Shown: one piece after another, positions 12,701-27,700 of the stretch
Numbering within the stretch: position 1 is the first letter of the stretch
How the letters are laid out: the number at the start of each line of letters is the position of its first letter
NCBI GenBank assembly: GCA_046563655.1
Contig: CM102290.1
Location: 9,486,001-9,550,000 of the forward strand
Reading direction: 5' to 3'
DNA length: 64,000 bases
Source of the DNA: Yuukianura sp. NJ FZ-2021
Taxonomy: Eukaryota
The notes under the pieces: generated by a model
Told to the model about the DNA's origin: nothing
What the model saw: only the letters and a program-made list of their open reading frames with translations
Database searches by the model: none
Translations under genes and position numbers: made by a program

Positions 12701-15700
12701 AAAGAAAAATGCACCAACTTACTTCCACTTTGTAGACATCAAAGTTTTCGATAATGGAATCAAAGCAAGTGTACAGATCATTGAGAAGGGTTACGACCTT
12801 GGTGTGAAAAGAAGTTAATTAATTACAAAGTGAAAGGTGTGAACTAACTAACACCTCCAGACGATCATACCTGCATAGGAGTACTCTCGGCAGACAGAGC
12901 AGTGAATCCCACAATATCGGAAAAGTAAATTGTTACGCTTTCGTACATTTCAGCAAGAACGGGCGATCCGCTGATCAGGGAAGTCGCAATCTCTCTGAAA
13001 ATCAAAATTTTGTTTAAAAATTAGAGAACGTTTAATTCAAAAAATTCCTAAAGGACCCTATGCACGAAACGGTAGGTTGTTCGAGTTTCTCCAAAAATTC
13101 CAATGAAGTGTTTTGACCAATTTCTGGAATTTTTTGAATAACTTGAACGACCTACCGTTTCGTGCATAGGGTCCTTTGTTTTTGAAAATTACTTTGGCAA
13201 AAGCTGGTAAAGGAGGGTTTCACATCGACGTTTCTCCTCCAAGTAATCTGCCGTCCTTTCTTCAACTAACGTTTCTAAATTATTTGCGTACTGTTCCATT
13301 CGCGCTAATAAATTATCCACTAGGGTTGGCCCACGTTCGTTTTCTCTGAAATTGTCAAAAACAAAGAAGAGAATAGAATTGTTTTGAAAATTATTATAAA
13401 AAGTAGCCTTGTTATAGTTAAGTCTATCCAGTTTGGAAAGTTAATTAAAACTAATGTTTATTTGCTTTCCATTAAGACGTTAGACTAACTTGAGCCGAAA
13501 GCCGCCTTTTCATTCTAGAGTGAAAGTAGGGGAAGGGTCTTGCGGCGGGAAACTTGGTTTCGGATCTTTTGAAACCAAAGTTTGCTTTTGGTTTTGAGCT
13601 TCCCTCGACTGGTGAAAGCTGTTGGCTTATGTTAGGTTAGGCTGCCACATAGGGTAGCATGAATGGTCGCAGCGATTAACACCTTATCGTTCCCTTACAC
13701 TGGACTGGACATTTACGCTCATCAACTTTCTTCAGTCAGTTTTCCAAAGCGCTCCCAACACCAGGCTCCTTTCACAGTTTTAGGAAACACTCAAAATCCA
13801 CACCGTCTTTGAGCAAGCTAGCTAACTTTTGGTAACCAAAAGTCTCGTGTAACTTTTTGCACCTTTTTCTAAAACCTATTGAAGCCTTTTATCAATTTGC
13901 CAAAAACTTGCATCAGGCTTTGCCACTTTTTTCCCTAAAAACTTTTCAATACTAAAAACTTAAAGCGATTCTAACAAAATCTTCGCTTAATTCGATACTG
14001 CTCTGATGACCTTGACCATAACTGACGTTTTCAGCCAACGCTGTTATATGTAAAAGGTGCATTAGACGACTAGACTAAACTCTATTAACTCACAGTAATG
14101 TCTTAGCTTTGAGCTTTCAACCGAAACAGAGTTGAATCTTCGGGCCAATGATTCCATAAAACTATGGAAGAGCTTATCGGTTTACTTTAGAAATTTAGAT
14201 GAATATCGGCAGCATTGAGCAGCTTGTTCTCTCAAGAATTTCTTTTCAGCGTTGAGCCAAATTGTGAGTTCGAACCCACTTAACTTCTAAATGGTAATGC
14301 ACGTTTCATGGAGCTGAACTAATTTCCACTACTCATTTCCGTCTCTAGAAGAATGTCTAAAAGAAGTTTCCGCTCCGTTTGATAGTTACGACCAGTGTTT
14401 GTTCTAAGCTGAACTGATCAAAGTGTCTAACACTACCTCAAAGTCTCAATCAACTTTGATTACACTCGTTTGCAAACTTTGGTTTTTGAAAGGAAGTAAA
14501 GGAAAAGTTGGCAAAGACTTTGGGGAAAGTCGATAAAATTGTGACTAGTTGATGCAAACCTAATTTCACAAGAATTTATGTTTTGAACTTTGAATATTTC
14601 AAAAGAAGGTAAAGAATTTAAAATTACTTTCAGAATCTGAAAAAAAGAATATACTGCAGAATATACATCTGTACATGCTAAGATCAATATTTGGTAAAGG
14701 CTAGTAGTTTTCCCAAAAAAACGTCCCATGTTGGTTTGGAATCAGAATAAGTTTAAGGAAAGGAAGGCTTTTGAGTTGATTGGATTTTGGAAACGACTTA
14801 AAATTTTAGGAAAGTTTAACTTTTGATTTAGAATTATTGAAGGTCTTCTTCCCATTTACGTTAGTTCTTCGCTTGCCTTGGTATCAACGAATCTCTTCCA
14901 CTTTTAAATTGCGTCAAAAACTCTCTAAAAGATTGGAGAAAGTTGTGAAGGGAAATAAATTTACAACATTTCAATTCGAGGCGCCTAAAGTCCGAAAAGT
15001 GATTCACAATTTCAAAAAGTTAGAGCTGAACTCATAAGTTTCCATTTTGGAGAAAACACTTTTGAATTTCCCACTTTTGGCAGAAAGTGGAATGAAAGTA
15101 AGGGGGGATTAAAGTATCGGAAGTGTATGAGATCATAACCGTAACCATGATGGCAGGAAAGGAACCAAAGCCGCCTATAAAGTTCTAACGATAATGTGTC
15201 CAACATCCCAAGTTACGGAAACGACTGTCACATCTTCACTGTCGCCCACCGTGTGTTGAACGCTGGAACTTCATGTGTTACCGGTAACTTACAACGAACA
15301 AATTTCGCTTTTGAATAAACCGCTTCCCCGTTTTCCATTTTTATCTCTCGCTTTCCAAAATTTTCTCATAAGTTTTTATCAAATTCACCTACATTTGAAC
15401 TTTTGAACCGATTTTTTTAACACAAAAGTGAAAGTTGATTCTAAAGTGCTTACTTGTTGAGAGTTCGCAGTGTGGCCTTAATTTGGCCAAAATCAGGTCG
15501 CTCTGCTGGATCCTCCGTCCAGCACTTTTCCATCAATTCAATCACTTGCTCATCAGAGACAATGTCATCTAAAGAGGGTCGCAGTAGGGTGGTTCCCTCC
15601 TTTACAGTCTGAATGATTTCTAGGAAATCAAAAAATCAAAAGTTATTAATGACTTGAACCAATCAAAAAACTTTTTAATTCTAAGAACTTTTTCAGTTAA

Positions 15701-18700
15701 AGTTTTAGTATTAGAAACTAGAAAAAGTTGGTTAAAAAAAAGTGGAGACAGTTGACTTTCGAGTTTCCTGAAAGATTTCAATTCTTTTCAAATTAATCGT
15801 TAAAAAAGCAACTAACTTTTTTGTACAACATTACTCATTTCCTGGCCTTCAAGCAACACAAAAAAAAACACTTCAAACCATTTTTTACAGCGTTGTGGAA
15901 TCATATAGCACAAGTACTTACCAAGATTTCGCTATGAAACCCAAGTTTAAAAAATGAAAAGAACTAAAGTGATTTGGGGTTGGTTTGGAGATTGGAAAAG
16001 ACACAGACTGAATGCTAAGCAATAACGCTTAGGGGAAAGTGACGTAAGGAGCATTTAACAATGTCAGTGTTGATTGATCAAGAAAATTAAATTATTTCCT
16101 GGGAGGAACCTCCAAGCTTGTTTCTGCATTTCTGGATTCATCTTCTGACATACAGGGAGCTTTTTAAATTGGGTTCTACTTTCACCGGAAGTTGAGTGTA
16201 AAACTTGTGTTAAAACTCGCTGGACTACCCTGTTTAAAATGTAGCATCACTGCAGAAGCTAGTAATTGTTGTAGATTCATGTCAGGAGTTTAGATCCCGG
16301 ACTTTAATTAACACTGGCAAATTAAATCGAACTTTGAAATCGACTTCCGGTGAAAGTGGAATCCGATTTAAAAACCGTGCTGTAGGTTATATTCCTACTT
16401 TCTCCTCTATTCATCCGAAAATTTCCAGTATGATTTTTGTGAAGATTGCAACTAGGGGTCGGAATCCGGAACGGGTTTCTTAAAATCCGGATTTCGGATT
16501 TTGACGGACTTCAATCCTGAAATCCGGATTTAAATCCGGATTTCAATTTCTAACTCCCATAAGAAATTCAAAATTGATTTAAGCTGTCGGAATTGCAGGT
16601 TGGAAACACTCGTAGCTAAAACCATGATGATAAATTCGGCGTGTTTATTTTTTGAATCAAATTACCAGTGTTGAAAAAAATGAAACATTGGCACAACATT
16701 AGCACAACATTAGAACAACATTAGCACAACATTAGCACAACATTGGCACAACATTGGCACAACATTGGCACAACATTAGCACAACATTGGCACAAAATTA
16801 CAACATTGGTACAACATTGGCACAACATTGGCGCAACATTGGCACAACATTGGCACAACATTGGCACAACATTAGCACAACATTAGCACAACATTAGCAC
16901 AACATTAGCACAACATTGGCACAACATTGGCACAACATTGGCACAACATTGGCACAACATTAGCACAACATTAGCACAACATTAGCACAACATTGGCACA
17001 ACAATACAAAATACCCTATTTTACGAACCCTGAAATTGAGTAAATCTGAGGTTGGCAATTTTTTTTGATACCGCACATGCCCTCGAATAGCTCTTGAAAT
17101 CCGTAGAAATCCGGATTTCAGTATTTAAAAATCCGGATTTTGGATAATCCGAATCCGTCAAAAATCCGGATTTGAATCCGGAGCCAAAATCCGGATTCCG
17201 ACCCCTAATTGCAACAGGATGATAGATAGTAGTAGGCTTAAGGACTTCCAGGAAACAAATACTACGTTGAGGAACATATCAGTTCAGCACTTTTCCGGTA
17301 ACATTTTCAATGTCAACGGTAAAAGTGAAATCAAAAGGAAAAGAAGAGTTATGAAACCTAAAAACTTGACAGAACAAATGGAAGTTCTAAACGAAATGGT
17401 TATTTCAATTTAGTTTTAAACCCAAATCCTACAAAAGAAATAGAACTTGATTTAAGATTCGACGTCGTTTCTGAGCATTAGAAGTTCACTTGGAAAATGA
17501 TAAAGGGAAAGCTATGCTAAAGTGATATAAAGTGGTGTGAATAGTTGTGGTCAACAGAATAGAAATCTTCTAAATCCTATGGTTCAGTGCCCATTTCCAA
17601 AATTTATTACTCGTATTCTGGAAACTTATGAGATGCTAACGGTCAATCTCTGCTTCTTTTGTCTTGGTTTGAGTCATGGGTCAAGGTAATTTGGAGGCGG
17701 GGGATTAGTGGTGTAGGCTTCCAAGTTAAAGCTCGGAAATGTACAGCATGGTACACAACACACTACCCTCCAAGACTTAAGGGCTCCACTTACCTTCAGG
17801 AGTTTTTTCTTCAGTCAAATGGAACGGGCCCTGCCGAGCCGCAATTTCATGAACAATGATCCCGAAGGCATAGACGTCTCCCCTCTGCGTTCCTTCTGGT
17901 GGAGCCTTGGTCAATCGAAGCAGTTCTGGAGAAGTCCATAGTTTTCCTGTTCAAAAACCAGAAATACAATGCCCATATTGTTTCGCCTTTACATTCCACG
18001 GGGGGCAAGGTCAGGCTATTCCATGCACGGCTTCATTTTCAATTTCGTTTTTGATTTTCTGACCTAAGCCATACATGATGAAGCAGAAAACTATTATCAC
18101 GAGCGCACCAGAGGTAGAAAAGCAGTTTGTGCTCCGGAATTATAATTTATATTTGCTGATATTACGAGCCGATGAGGATTTGTAACCTTTGACCTTGACT
18201 TGACCTACAAAACGAAAAACTTACGTCTCCAGTAAGCATAAGTTCCAAAGTCTTCAATTTCTTCGGGCGTGCCACGAAGACTATGTAATCCAAAATCAGT
18301 CACTTTGAGAACAAATCGTGAGTCTACGACGCAGTTACTAGATTTGAGATTTCCATGCGATCGTATCTCACTTCCATGGAGGTAATGCATTGCCTATTTA
18401 AAAAAAAAAGAAATAAGAAATTGCTAGAAATAAATTTCAGGAACTCTGAGACTGGTTCTTAAATGAAAAGTAGTTATTAGGTGACACTCCGATTCAAACT
18501 TATAATGTCATGCTTTTTTACGGAAGTTAACGTAGGATTAGATTTAATGAAGGTCATCACATTTTTGTAACTTTTTTACTTTCACAAACTCACATTTTCC
18601 TCCAGAAAAAAATTGTGATTTCTCAGTTTTCGAGTTAAAAATTAATTAAAATTAATTAAATTAAAACTTAATTTTTTTAATCACAACCTTAAATAGATTT

Positions 18701-21700
18701 ATATTTGTACATCTTACATTCTGTGAGAACAAATATTTTATGCGCACGGTGAACTTTTAAAACGCGGTTGAACTTAGCACAGGTTTTTGAATAAGTTGTT
18801 TTCAGTAATTTGAAAACAATCCTATTGTTTGTGAAAGAGGAGTGAATAGTGAAAGGTGTTTGAGTGAATGAAGTTGTTGACTTTATGTTTCAGTTTTTGT
18901 AACATCTTGGTCATGTCGTGTGTTCCTCGTGCACTTGTTTTTGGATTTTCAAGTTATTTTCGGTTCAATTGAATTGCTCCCTTTGGAAGATGGAGAAAGA
19001 CTAGGAAACACAGTTTCTGTTTAATTCCTGTTGAGAAAAGCTGTTGGACCAAAAGTGCTTTTTTTACGGTTGGATTGAGCAAGACAAAGACTCAAGATCA
19101 GGAAGATCAACATTCCAGAAAAAGAAAGGGCGAGAAAGTGAAAACAGAGTTCAATGAGCCTTGACCCCTTGTTACACAAACCATGGTCAGAAGTTGTTTG
19201 ACTTTTCGAACTATAGTCTCGACTCTATTGTAGTCTAGTCGCTAGGAAGGCCTCTAGTCTCCCCTGGGTCACCATTTGATCACAATCTGACCCCAGTAGT
19301 AATTACTCTTTTGCTCAATTTAACTTTCTCTTGAACTGTCTATACGACAAGACAAAACCTCATTCAATTTCAGTAATTAAATTACACCGGAATCTTTACT
19401 TTTGTTGAAATAGTTCCAATTCCGAAGGGATGATACAGTTCTGATACTTTTAGTTTTAATGTGACTAGGCTAGCTACTGTTGTACTAACATTCCTTTCCT
19501 TGTAGAAACGAATTCTGACGAAACTCGTGAAATTGATTTCGAACCAAAGCAGGTCAAGGATCGTTTCTGTCAGTCTTTTTAAAAAAAATCTGGCAGAAAA
19601 TAAAACGCTTCTTCTTCATTTTACACGAGGAAATGTTCATTCTTGATGCGAAAAAGTTCAAAAAATTTATAAAAGCAACCGTGTTACGAGAAGTGTTACA
19701 ATGGATTGCGGTAGTGAACAGAGAAGCGTAGCAGATGCAATGAACCACATAAGAGGTCTAAAGTTGACTCTCAAGCTAAATTAAAGTCTCGTTTAAACGG
19801 AATTTACAGTCTTTTGAAGCAATGCTTTCATTGTATGACCTTTTGTGACCTCGGCGCCTCAACATAACCATAATTGAGACTTTCATGTTTTGTTCAAGTT
19901 TTAGAACAAAGAAACACTCACGTAAAGTTTGCAATTACAAACCTCACCCTAACCCTATACAACTTTCACACAACTTCCACTCAAAATGTAATTTAATGCA
20001 TAGTGAAAGCCAGTAAACAGTGGTTAGTGTCAGTCTGTAGTGTTAGAGAAGCTGATCCTACGTTTCTAAAAGATTGTCAAGTTGTTTTTATCTTGAGATT
20101 GAAACGGTTTAGTCAGTCTTCTGTGTTCTGAACAATGAAAATCACTTAGACGGAATTGGAGGGAAATGGAAAAGTAGAGTTTGAAAATGTCCCGAGAGGA
20201 CTTGGATGGCACTTCTCAACCCTCTCCCTGTTTTCTTTTTCCTTAGGTTAGGTTATGTCTGCTTTGAAGAAAGTAGGGAGTCGATGGTCCTCGTTTCCAC
20301 TTCAATGGCCACGCTCAACGTCACGTCTGACCCTCACGTCACAATCAAATGTCACCTCCGACGTGCTCCATGAACCATGCACGTTGTGGGGTTTGTTGCG
20401 CCGCGCGAAACCTCATAACATATTCACATGTCCAGAACATAGCTTAGCATAACCCGGAACTAGGGTCATGTTGACCTGAGTTCCGTGTCGCACCATGTCA
20501 TTACAGCCATGTCAAAAAGAGCCAATGCCAAGAGAGATAATCAAAAAGAGCCAATCAAATATAGTCAATTTCCTAAAGAGACGAGAGAGCCTATTCCAAA
20601 AGCGTCGAATTCTAGAAAATCGGAAAGCAAGACTAGTACTTCAAGTTGGATTTAATTAACAATAAGTTAGGTTAGCTTACTTTAGTACAAGTTATGAGGT
20701 TTTATTCAAAATGTAGCTAAGCTACTTTGTAGATTTCTTGATCTATTTTAACAATCGGCGATTTTGGAATTGGTTCTTTTGGCATCGGTTCTTTTTGGAT
20801 TGCCTGTTATGATATGGAACCGTTCCGTTTGGCTCTTTGTTGTATTTGATCTTGAAATGACGTTATTAGTGACTCACCAAAAGTGAGTTATGCTTGGACT
20901 TTAGAGGAATAATGCCCTTACCTTCACAATGTCCTGCATCAGACTGTATCTGAACGTCCAGTCCAGCTTGAGCTGTTCGTTTTCTAGAATGTCCTGGAGA
21001 CTGCCTCTGGGACAATACTCTGTGAGGAAGTAGCAGTGCGGATGGTCCACGGATGCTCCGATGAATCTTACAAGATGCTCGTGGTGCAGATCTTTCATCT
21101 GACAAATGGAAACAACAAAACCACCGTTACGATCAATAATGTCGTACAAGATACGCTTTTAGTTTGCATACTTTGGCAGCTCCTACCGATCCTTTCGCTC
21201 ATCAGTGAAAGTGAAAAGTTCCAACGCAAGTGAAACCAAATCTCACACAAAAATTCAACTCCCAATTCGAAACTTACAATTGTAATTTTTGAAGTTCAAA
21301 TCCTTTCTTTTACTTTTTTTTAAAACGAAATTTACACATGTGCAACGTCGTGCTAAAAATCCATTTGTATAAAGTGAGGCCGAATTGTGGTTTTTAAACA
21401 AATTGAGTTTTTCAAGATGTGTAATAGATGTATTAATTAAGAAGAAAAAGGGAGTTGTGTAGCCAGCACTTAAATAGAAAACCGAGCTTTCCCTGTGAAT
21501 TAATAATTACCTTCGGTGAACCACAATTTTTCCTGTTCCGAGCCTTCTATTTACTTTTGAAACCACCAAAATTCACCCACAATTCCTCTCTCTGTTCAGA
21601 ATAGCCCTTTACTTTGTTTAGTCAAACGTAAAAGCAAACAATCAAAAGGGAGGTTGGCATTTGTTGAAATAAGAGCTCATAAAGGTGAGCAATCCCACTT

Positions 21701-24700
21701 CAAACTTTCTCCAATTAATGTGTACAATCCTCTGCAACAGCTTCCATGTATTTCCTAAGCTTTTTTTGAACATTCAGCTCCAAATTTTTGATTAACAGCT
21801 CTGTATTTGTCGGTTTTTCTGAAATCTTGAAAATTAAGGTGGATGGTTCTGTGGACTTAAAGTTAGAGTGAAGGGGAAAGCATGTTTTAATAGAGTTAGC
21901 TACAGTCAATTTTAAGATTTTGATAGGGAGAGAGAGTAGGTTCAAAAACTGAGTTCAGTTTTGAAGTTAAATTGGAAGCGACTTCAAAGGGAAAGTTGAC
22001 AAGGACGAGCAGTAAGGCTCTCCAGAGGTTGTGGAAATATTGTAGCTTTACGGTCTTAAGCAAAACCTAAAGTAGTTGAGTGAGTAACTAAGCGTTAGCT
22101 ATGCTAACTTTTAAAAAATCTGGATTTTAGAGTATAGAATGATAGGCTGGTTTCCGATTTGTTTTTTCGAACATAACTTCACTAACGAGGGGAATCTGTA
22201 ACAAACCTCTAAAAGTTTTTTGTTTTAAAAATAATAAATTTGATACTTTAATGTTTTTGGAAACAGTGAAAATTGGAATAAATTATTTGTACTGCTTGGA
22301 AACTACAGAAAAAGGACAAACAAGAGAAAGTTGAGTCTCTATTTTCTCCGATGTTTCACTTGCAATGTAAATCTTGTCACAAAAACTTTGTCAGACAATG
22401 GAATTACAAGGAATAAAAGTTGTTGCAGAGTACTTACAATGCAGAGGTCCGGAATAAGCGCAACTTGGTAGACGCTTATTTGGAACAAAATAGTGGCACT
22501 GCATGCTTTCTCCTCTGAGGTTTTAAAGGTTTATGTTAGCAAAAAGATGAATAACCTAAACATGCCTGAGCCCAAATGAAATATAACTTGAGCAATGCAT
22601 TTCCCAGCGTAACACATACCATAACCTAATGTCGAGTGTTGATAAACCTATAAAAGTGTTATGGAGTGTTATCCCTGTCAAAACTGCAAGAGCTCTTTAG
22701 TTCCTTATTGGTCTGTGACATGGTTGGTGTCATCCATTGTTTCGCAACGCCTTTTGTGCTGTTTTTGGAAGAGAAAAGACTTTATGGAAAGCCATTCTGG
22801 ATGTTAGATGGAAATTCTGAAATGGGAACTTTCCCCTTTTCTTGGCTCAAAATGTCAGTGGCAGGAGAAGGTTGAGTCAATTCTAAATGAAATGTAAACA
22901 TGGCGGAACAGTGGAAGCTGAAATATTTAAATATTTTTTAGAACCAGTCTGCGCAGAACGTCAAAAAAACCAGACTGAAAACCGAATTTAAAACATAATT
23001 AAAATTATTTAGTAAAAATCAAATGAAACCAGTAGCTCACCCTTTTCAGTTCCAGCAATAAAGGACGAGTCAACTCGATTCGCATTTTGACAATTTTTTT
23101 GATAGCCACTACGCTTCCCTTCAAACAAAGATCAAAATAAAAATTTGTAGCTGCACATAAGTTTTGCGCTTATTTTGCTCAATATAATTTTAAATTTTCT
23201 TTCTAGAAGCTGCTTTGGATACTTACCTTGTAGAAGGCCGTTTTAACAAAAAGTTGTTTGTTGGTTCCAACAAAAGTCAAAGACTCGGCTGAGTACGAAC
23301 TCTGTAAAAGTCAAATCAAAGACGTTTGTAATTGAGCTTTCTTTTTTGAACTGACAACTTCTTTTTCTTCAGTTAGTCGTTGCAAACCATTGGAAATTGT
23401 TCTAATATAGTTGAACAATAATATCATATGTTTCCGAGGATAGAGAACAGAAAGAAGGTGGAATATTTTCACCAACTTTCTCCTTTTCTTTCAGCTTCAA
23501 AGAACGCACTGCATTTTTCTTCACTAAAAATGAATGAAACCAAAGCTTTTGTCTAGTAGCTCTGTTTCTGAAACTTCTTCTTCCAGAAACTAAGAAAAGA
23601 AAAAGTTTTGGTTCTGTTGATGTCTTTTGTTCCAAAAAACGAAAGTTATTGCATTGTCGAAGCCCACATGCTTTTCTGCTTCCTGCACTATAAAACTACT
23701 GACGTTTCCACTAGAGTGATGACTGATTACAAAGATGAAAGTGAAAGTCAATGCGTATTTACCAAATCCAAAAATGATTGATAAAAAGATTGAAGAAAAC
23801 GATGACTTTGATAAAAAACGATTTTCCTTAATAGTTCTCAAAAACAATTGAGGATCTCTTACAGCGTCAAAAAATTTTGATCCGGGTTAAAGAAAATTTT
23901 TTTCTTTCGAATCGCAAAAAAGGCCGTTTTTATTTTTACCTGTTTGATGACGTGTTTACTTTTTTGAAATAGTGAAAGTTTAAATTGATGTTGAGTGAGT
24001 GGAATGGTTTTGGCATTTGAACGACTCCAAGCTGAGGAAGTTTTGTTATTTGATTTTTATAATAGAAAAGTTTTTGTTTTTGTTGGATAACCTGCTGCTG
24101 CGGCAAGCCCTGGCCCATGTTCTGGACTTTTGGGAAAAGATAATGGACGGAACTTTTTAGAAAAAACTTTTTTGACGGAAAATTTTGTTCACACCAAATG
24201 ATGAAGGCGCGTACCTTCATCCACTTCTAAGTTTCGTCCTTTCATCCTAACTGCCGAAGGATAAATGATGTAGCGGTCTTACTTTCTTCCTCTGGAAAAC
24301 ATAAAGCTAACGCTTACAAAAGCCACCATTTTTTCTAAACTGTTTGGTTTTTGCACTTTTTCGAATCGGACGTGCTTTTTTTCTTTGCAATTCTTTGGAC
24401 GGTGATAAAACTGATAAAGGAAAAAATATAGGATACGAGATCCAAAAATAGCTCGCTCAACTATTTCTTTTAATAGTTGAGCTTATTTCGAGGCAAACCG
24501 AATAGGTTTTGCTCCTTTCCACGTTCATTGTGTTTCTAAACTTTTGAAGCTCTGATATTCCTTATCTAAAATCTTCCCAATTTATTAGGAATGAGTTATG
24601 AGAGGAAAAAAGAACAGAAAATTTTGAAGTTTTGGAAGCGAGTGGATAAGAGGGAAAGCGTTATTAGGAGCCCGAGGAAAGTTAGCCTAATATCCTGTTA

Positions 24701-27700
24701 GCGTCGAAGTTAGGTTTGTTTTTGTTGTATTTGGGTAATAAATTAAATTGAGATTAGCAGAGTATTGTCTTTGTAGGGCTCTTTTGTCACTTTCACTTCC
24801 ACGGAGACCGTGTGGAAAGGGCTTTAAGGTTCCCATGGTTCACTTTAGGCCTTAAAAGAAAACCTAAGCTAGGGAGGACGAAGATGTTGGTGGGAGGGAG
24901 ATTTCATTTCTCCTTATCCTCCGAGCCCTGTAGTATTAATCAAATTTATTCCAGGAGAAAGTAGGCTCTCCAGGTCTGAATGCTAAACAGAGTAGAGGCG
25001 GAGATTGGATTTTCCATGGAGGAAATTGTATTCAAATGCTCTTTTAAAAGACCAACGCACAAATCTAATGAAATTCCCTTTCAAAATAATCATCCCATAG
25101 TCCAACCTTAACCTTATAATCGAATTGGAAAAAGATATCTATTTCAAATGAGGGGTGACGAAAACACGTGTGAGACACATAAAATGCAAACAAGGCTTCA
25201 TTTGAAACCAGCCATTTCGGACCTAGTCAACAAACAAAGTTTCTAGATTTTAGAAACTTTGACATTACAACAAAAAGCAATCTGAAACATTTTAAGCATA
25301 GTACTATAATAGTAATTAACTATTGTGTGATTCGGAGAAATGTTTTTAAAAATGAAAAATTTAATGCATCTTCTTGTGAAATGACTTTCCCATTTTCTCT
25401 GCTTCTTTCGGAATACGGACTTGGTTCTGAGAGCGTCGTCTTGAGTTTTGAAATTTGTCAATTTAATTTTGAGGACTGTATAATGAGTTATTCCAAGAAA
25501 AGTTTTCCAAAAATAGAATATTAAAAATATCAAGATTTGCACCAGATGGGAAGTTGAATATGAAACAATTTCTTTGCGTGAAATTTTCCTACGTTTTTTG
25601 TCAACAAATTTTGGAAACTGCACATTGCGTTACTCATTTTCATGAAATTTCTCATTTTCATTTTCATGAAAAATCTCAAGTTATAACAAAGCAACTAGTA
25701 AGAAGCTCCAAGATTTCGACATCGTATATTGAATCGCTCTTTTTGGCTTCCTTTTGTGAACATTCTTAAAGTTCAATACAAAATTGACTAAAACCTAAAA
25801 CCGCCATCAATAAATTTGCTCATGGATTACTTTTTTTCGGGAAATAAAGTCTGGAACAATCCCACTATAGAAATTTTTGATTTCAGTTTGTGTATGTGAA
25901 GTGGTTGCTTACAATAACAGAATGGCGGGCAACACTGAACCGAGATCCCCGCTTTCCTTTGCTATCACTTCGTTTCTCTGTAAGAACATCGCACCAATTG
26001 ACTTTCCACGTCATCGACGCAATTTCAGCCTCCAGTTTGTAGTGCCTATAAAAGAGGCATAAAAACAGTAGTATTAGTTTTCACTTTTCAATCAAACGTT
26101 CTAGGAAAGGGAATTAATTACTCAAGGGAAGTTTCGACGTCAAAATTCTAAATTGCAAAATTAAAAGTCTGGTTCAAAATTTAAAGGAACAACTAAAATC
26201 ATTTGATTTCTGAAAGTATAAAAAAGAAGTAAGTTTTATGACTTTTCTTTTGAAGATGAAAATTCCAGGGAGAAATTATGTCTGCATAGAGAACCCAAAC
26301 GTTCCAAGCTATACACCCACATAAGCCTTAAGAATTTGATTTTTTTTTCAGGAAAAAAGACAGTCTCACAAAGTATTTTTCAGCGGAAGACAACCATGCC
26401 TGACTAAACCTTGAGAAAAAGCGGAGTCGTAAAATCCAGTCTCTCAGGATATGAACACGATAGAAAAGGAAATAGCAAAATGATTTGGAAATGGATCAAG
26501 GAACGGGAGCAGTAGTAGACGCTGTGAACACAGGTTAGTTTGAACAGCCAAATTGATGGCGCCTGTTTAAAAAATAACCTCGTTTTGTGAGAGGTCTACA
26601 TATTAACCCTTTATTTTATATTTTCAATTTGAAACGGGTGAGACAGTTTTCTTTTTTTCGAAGTCGATCTGAAGGATCCATTTGCTCCAGGAAAGAAAAG
26701 CAGGAAAAGGTGGGCAAATGGCGGGAATTGACTTGGGTTCTATAGAAATTCAAATAAGAAGGAAACGTTGTGTTCTTCGTCGTGAGCTTACTCTTTTGCT
26801 TGTTGCAGGAAGCGACGGGAAAAGTAAGCGGATGAAGACGGAGAAAGTTGCATGACATTTTCCTCTAACATAAGCATAACATAAACCAAGACAGGTAAGG
26901 GAATAGTTGAACAAGGAAAGCAAACTAGTCTTTCTCTTTTTTTTTGAATTTCAGAATTTCAAAAGTAGTTTATATTTCCAGTTTCTTCGGGAAGTAGCCA
27001 GAACAAGAGGTTTCAAAAATCTTGTTTCTGCCAAGGGAGGACTTAAGGATGCATATCAAAGTCTCGTCATGTGTTTCAATGATATGTAGAGCAGCCCAGG
27101 AAGCAGTGACTCCTTGCTTCTAGTTTTTCCAAGAAAAAGTATAGGAGAAAAGATGAATGAAAAGAAAAGTAGACAGCAAAGTCTTCTTCGTGTTCCGCTT
27201 CTTTCGTTTGCTTTTTTTTGTTACTTTGTCTTCCATACTTGATGAAATGGAGGCTCTCTTCGTGCCAAAACCATTTTTTTTTTAAATAAAATTTGAATTT
27301 AATCTGCCGCATAATTTTTCATACTCCCCGTGGTCCATTGCCTAAGTTCAAAAATTGAATCGTTGATGGCCAAAATTTGGCGCTTAACATGAGAAATTGA
27401 ACAATATGAACAACGCTTCATGACTCGAACTTTTTTTTTAATCAAAAACTATAAATCACTTTATTTACTTTTTTTAGGTCAACTTCTGCTGTGTGACACT
27501 TCAAATTTCACTGCGCCAAAGCACACTTAAGTAATCACAAGGTAAAGTTTTAGGAGAGGTTTAATTGGGTTCTTGCTTGGACTTATTTAATTGTGTTTTC
27601 TTGTTCTGGTGTAATAAAACTGACTCAGTGGTTGATTATCTTAACATTAATATGCTATAGGTAAGAGCGCAGCATTTTCAGCTCCATTACTTTTTTTTAT

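Noticed and set aside
14250..14320. B-box-like GGGTTCGAACTC on the minus strand
   Set aside because: No good A box or cloverleaf; at most a very decayed SINE.
16684..17003. CRISPR-like array
   Set aside because: Head-to-tail 11-mers with no unique spacers and no cas genes, in a eukaryotic context; it is a minisatellite.
18075..18159. Possible C/D box snoRNA (ATGATGA...CTGA)
   Set aside because: It is antisense to the host intron, has no convincing terminal stem, and has no recognisable rRNA guide.
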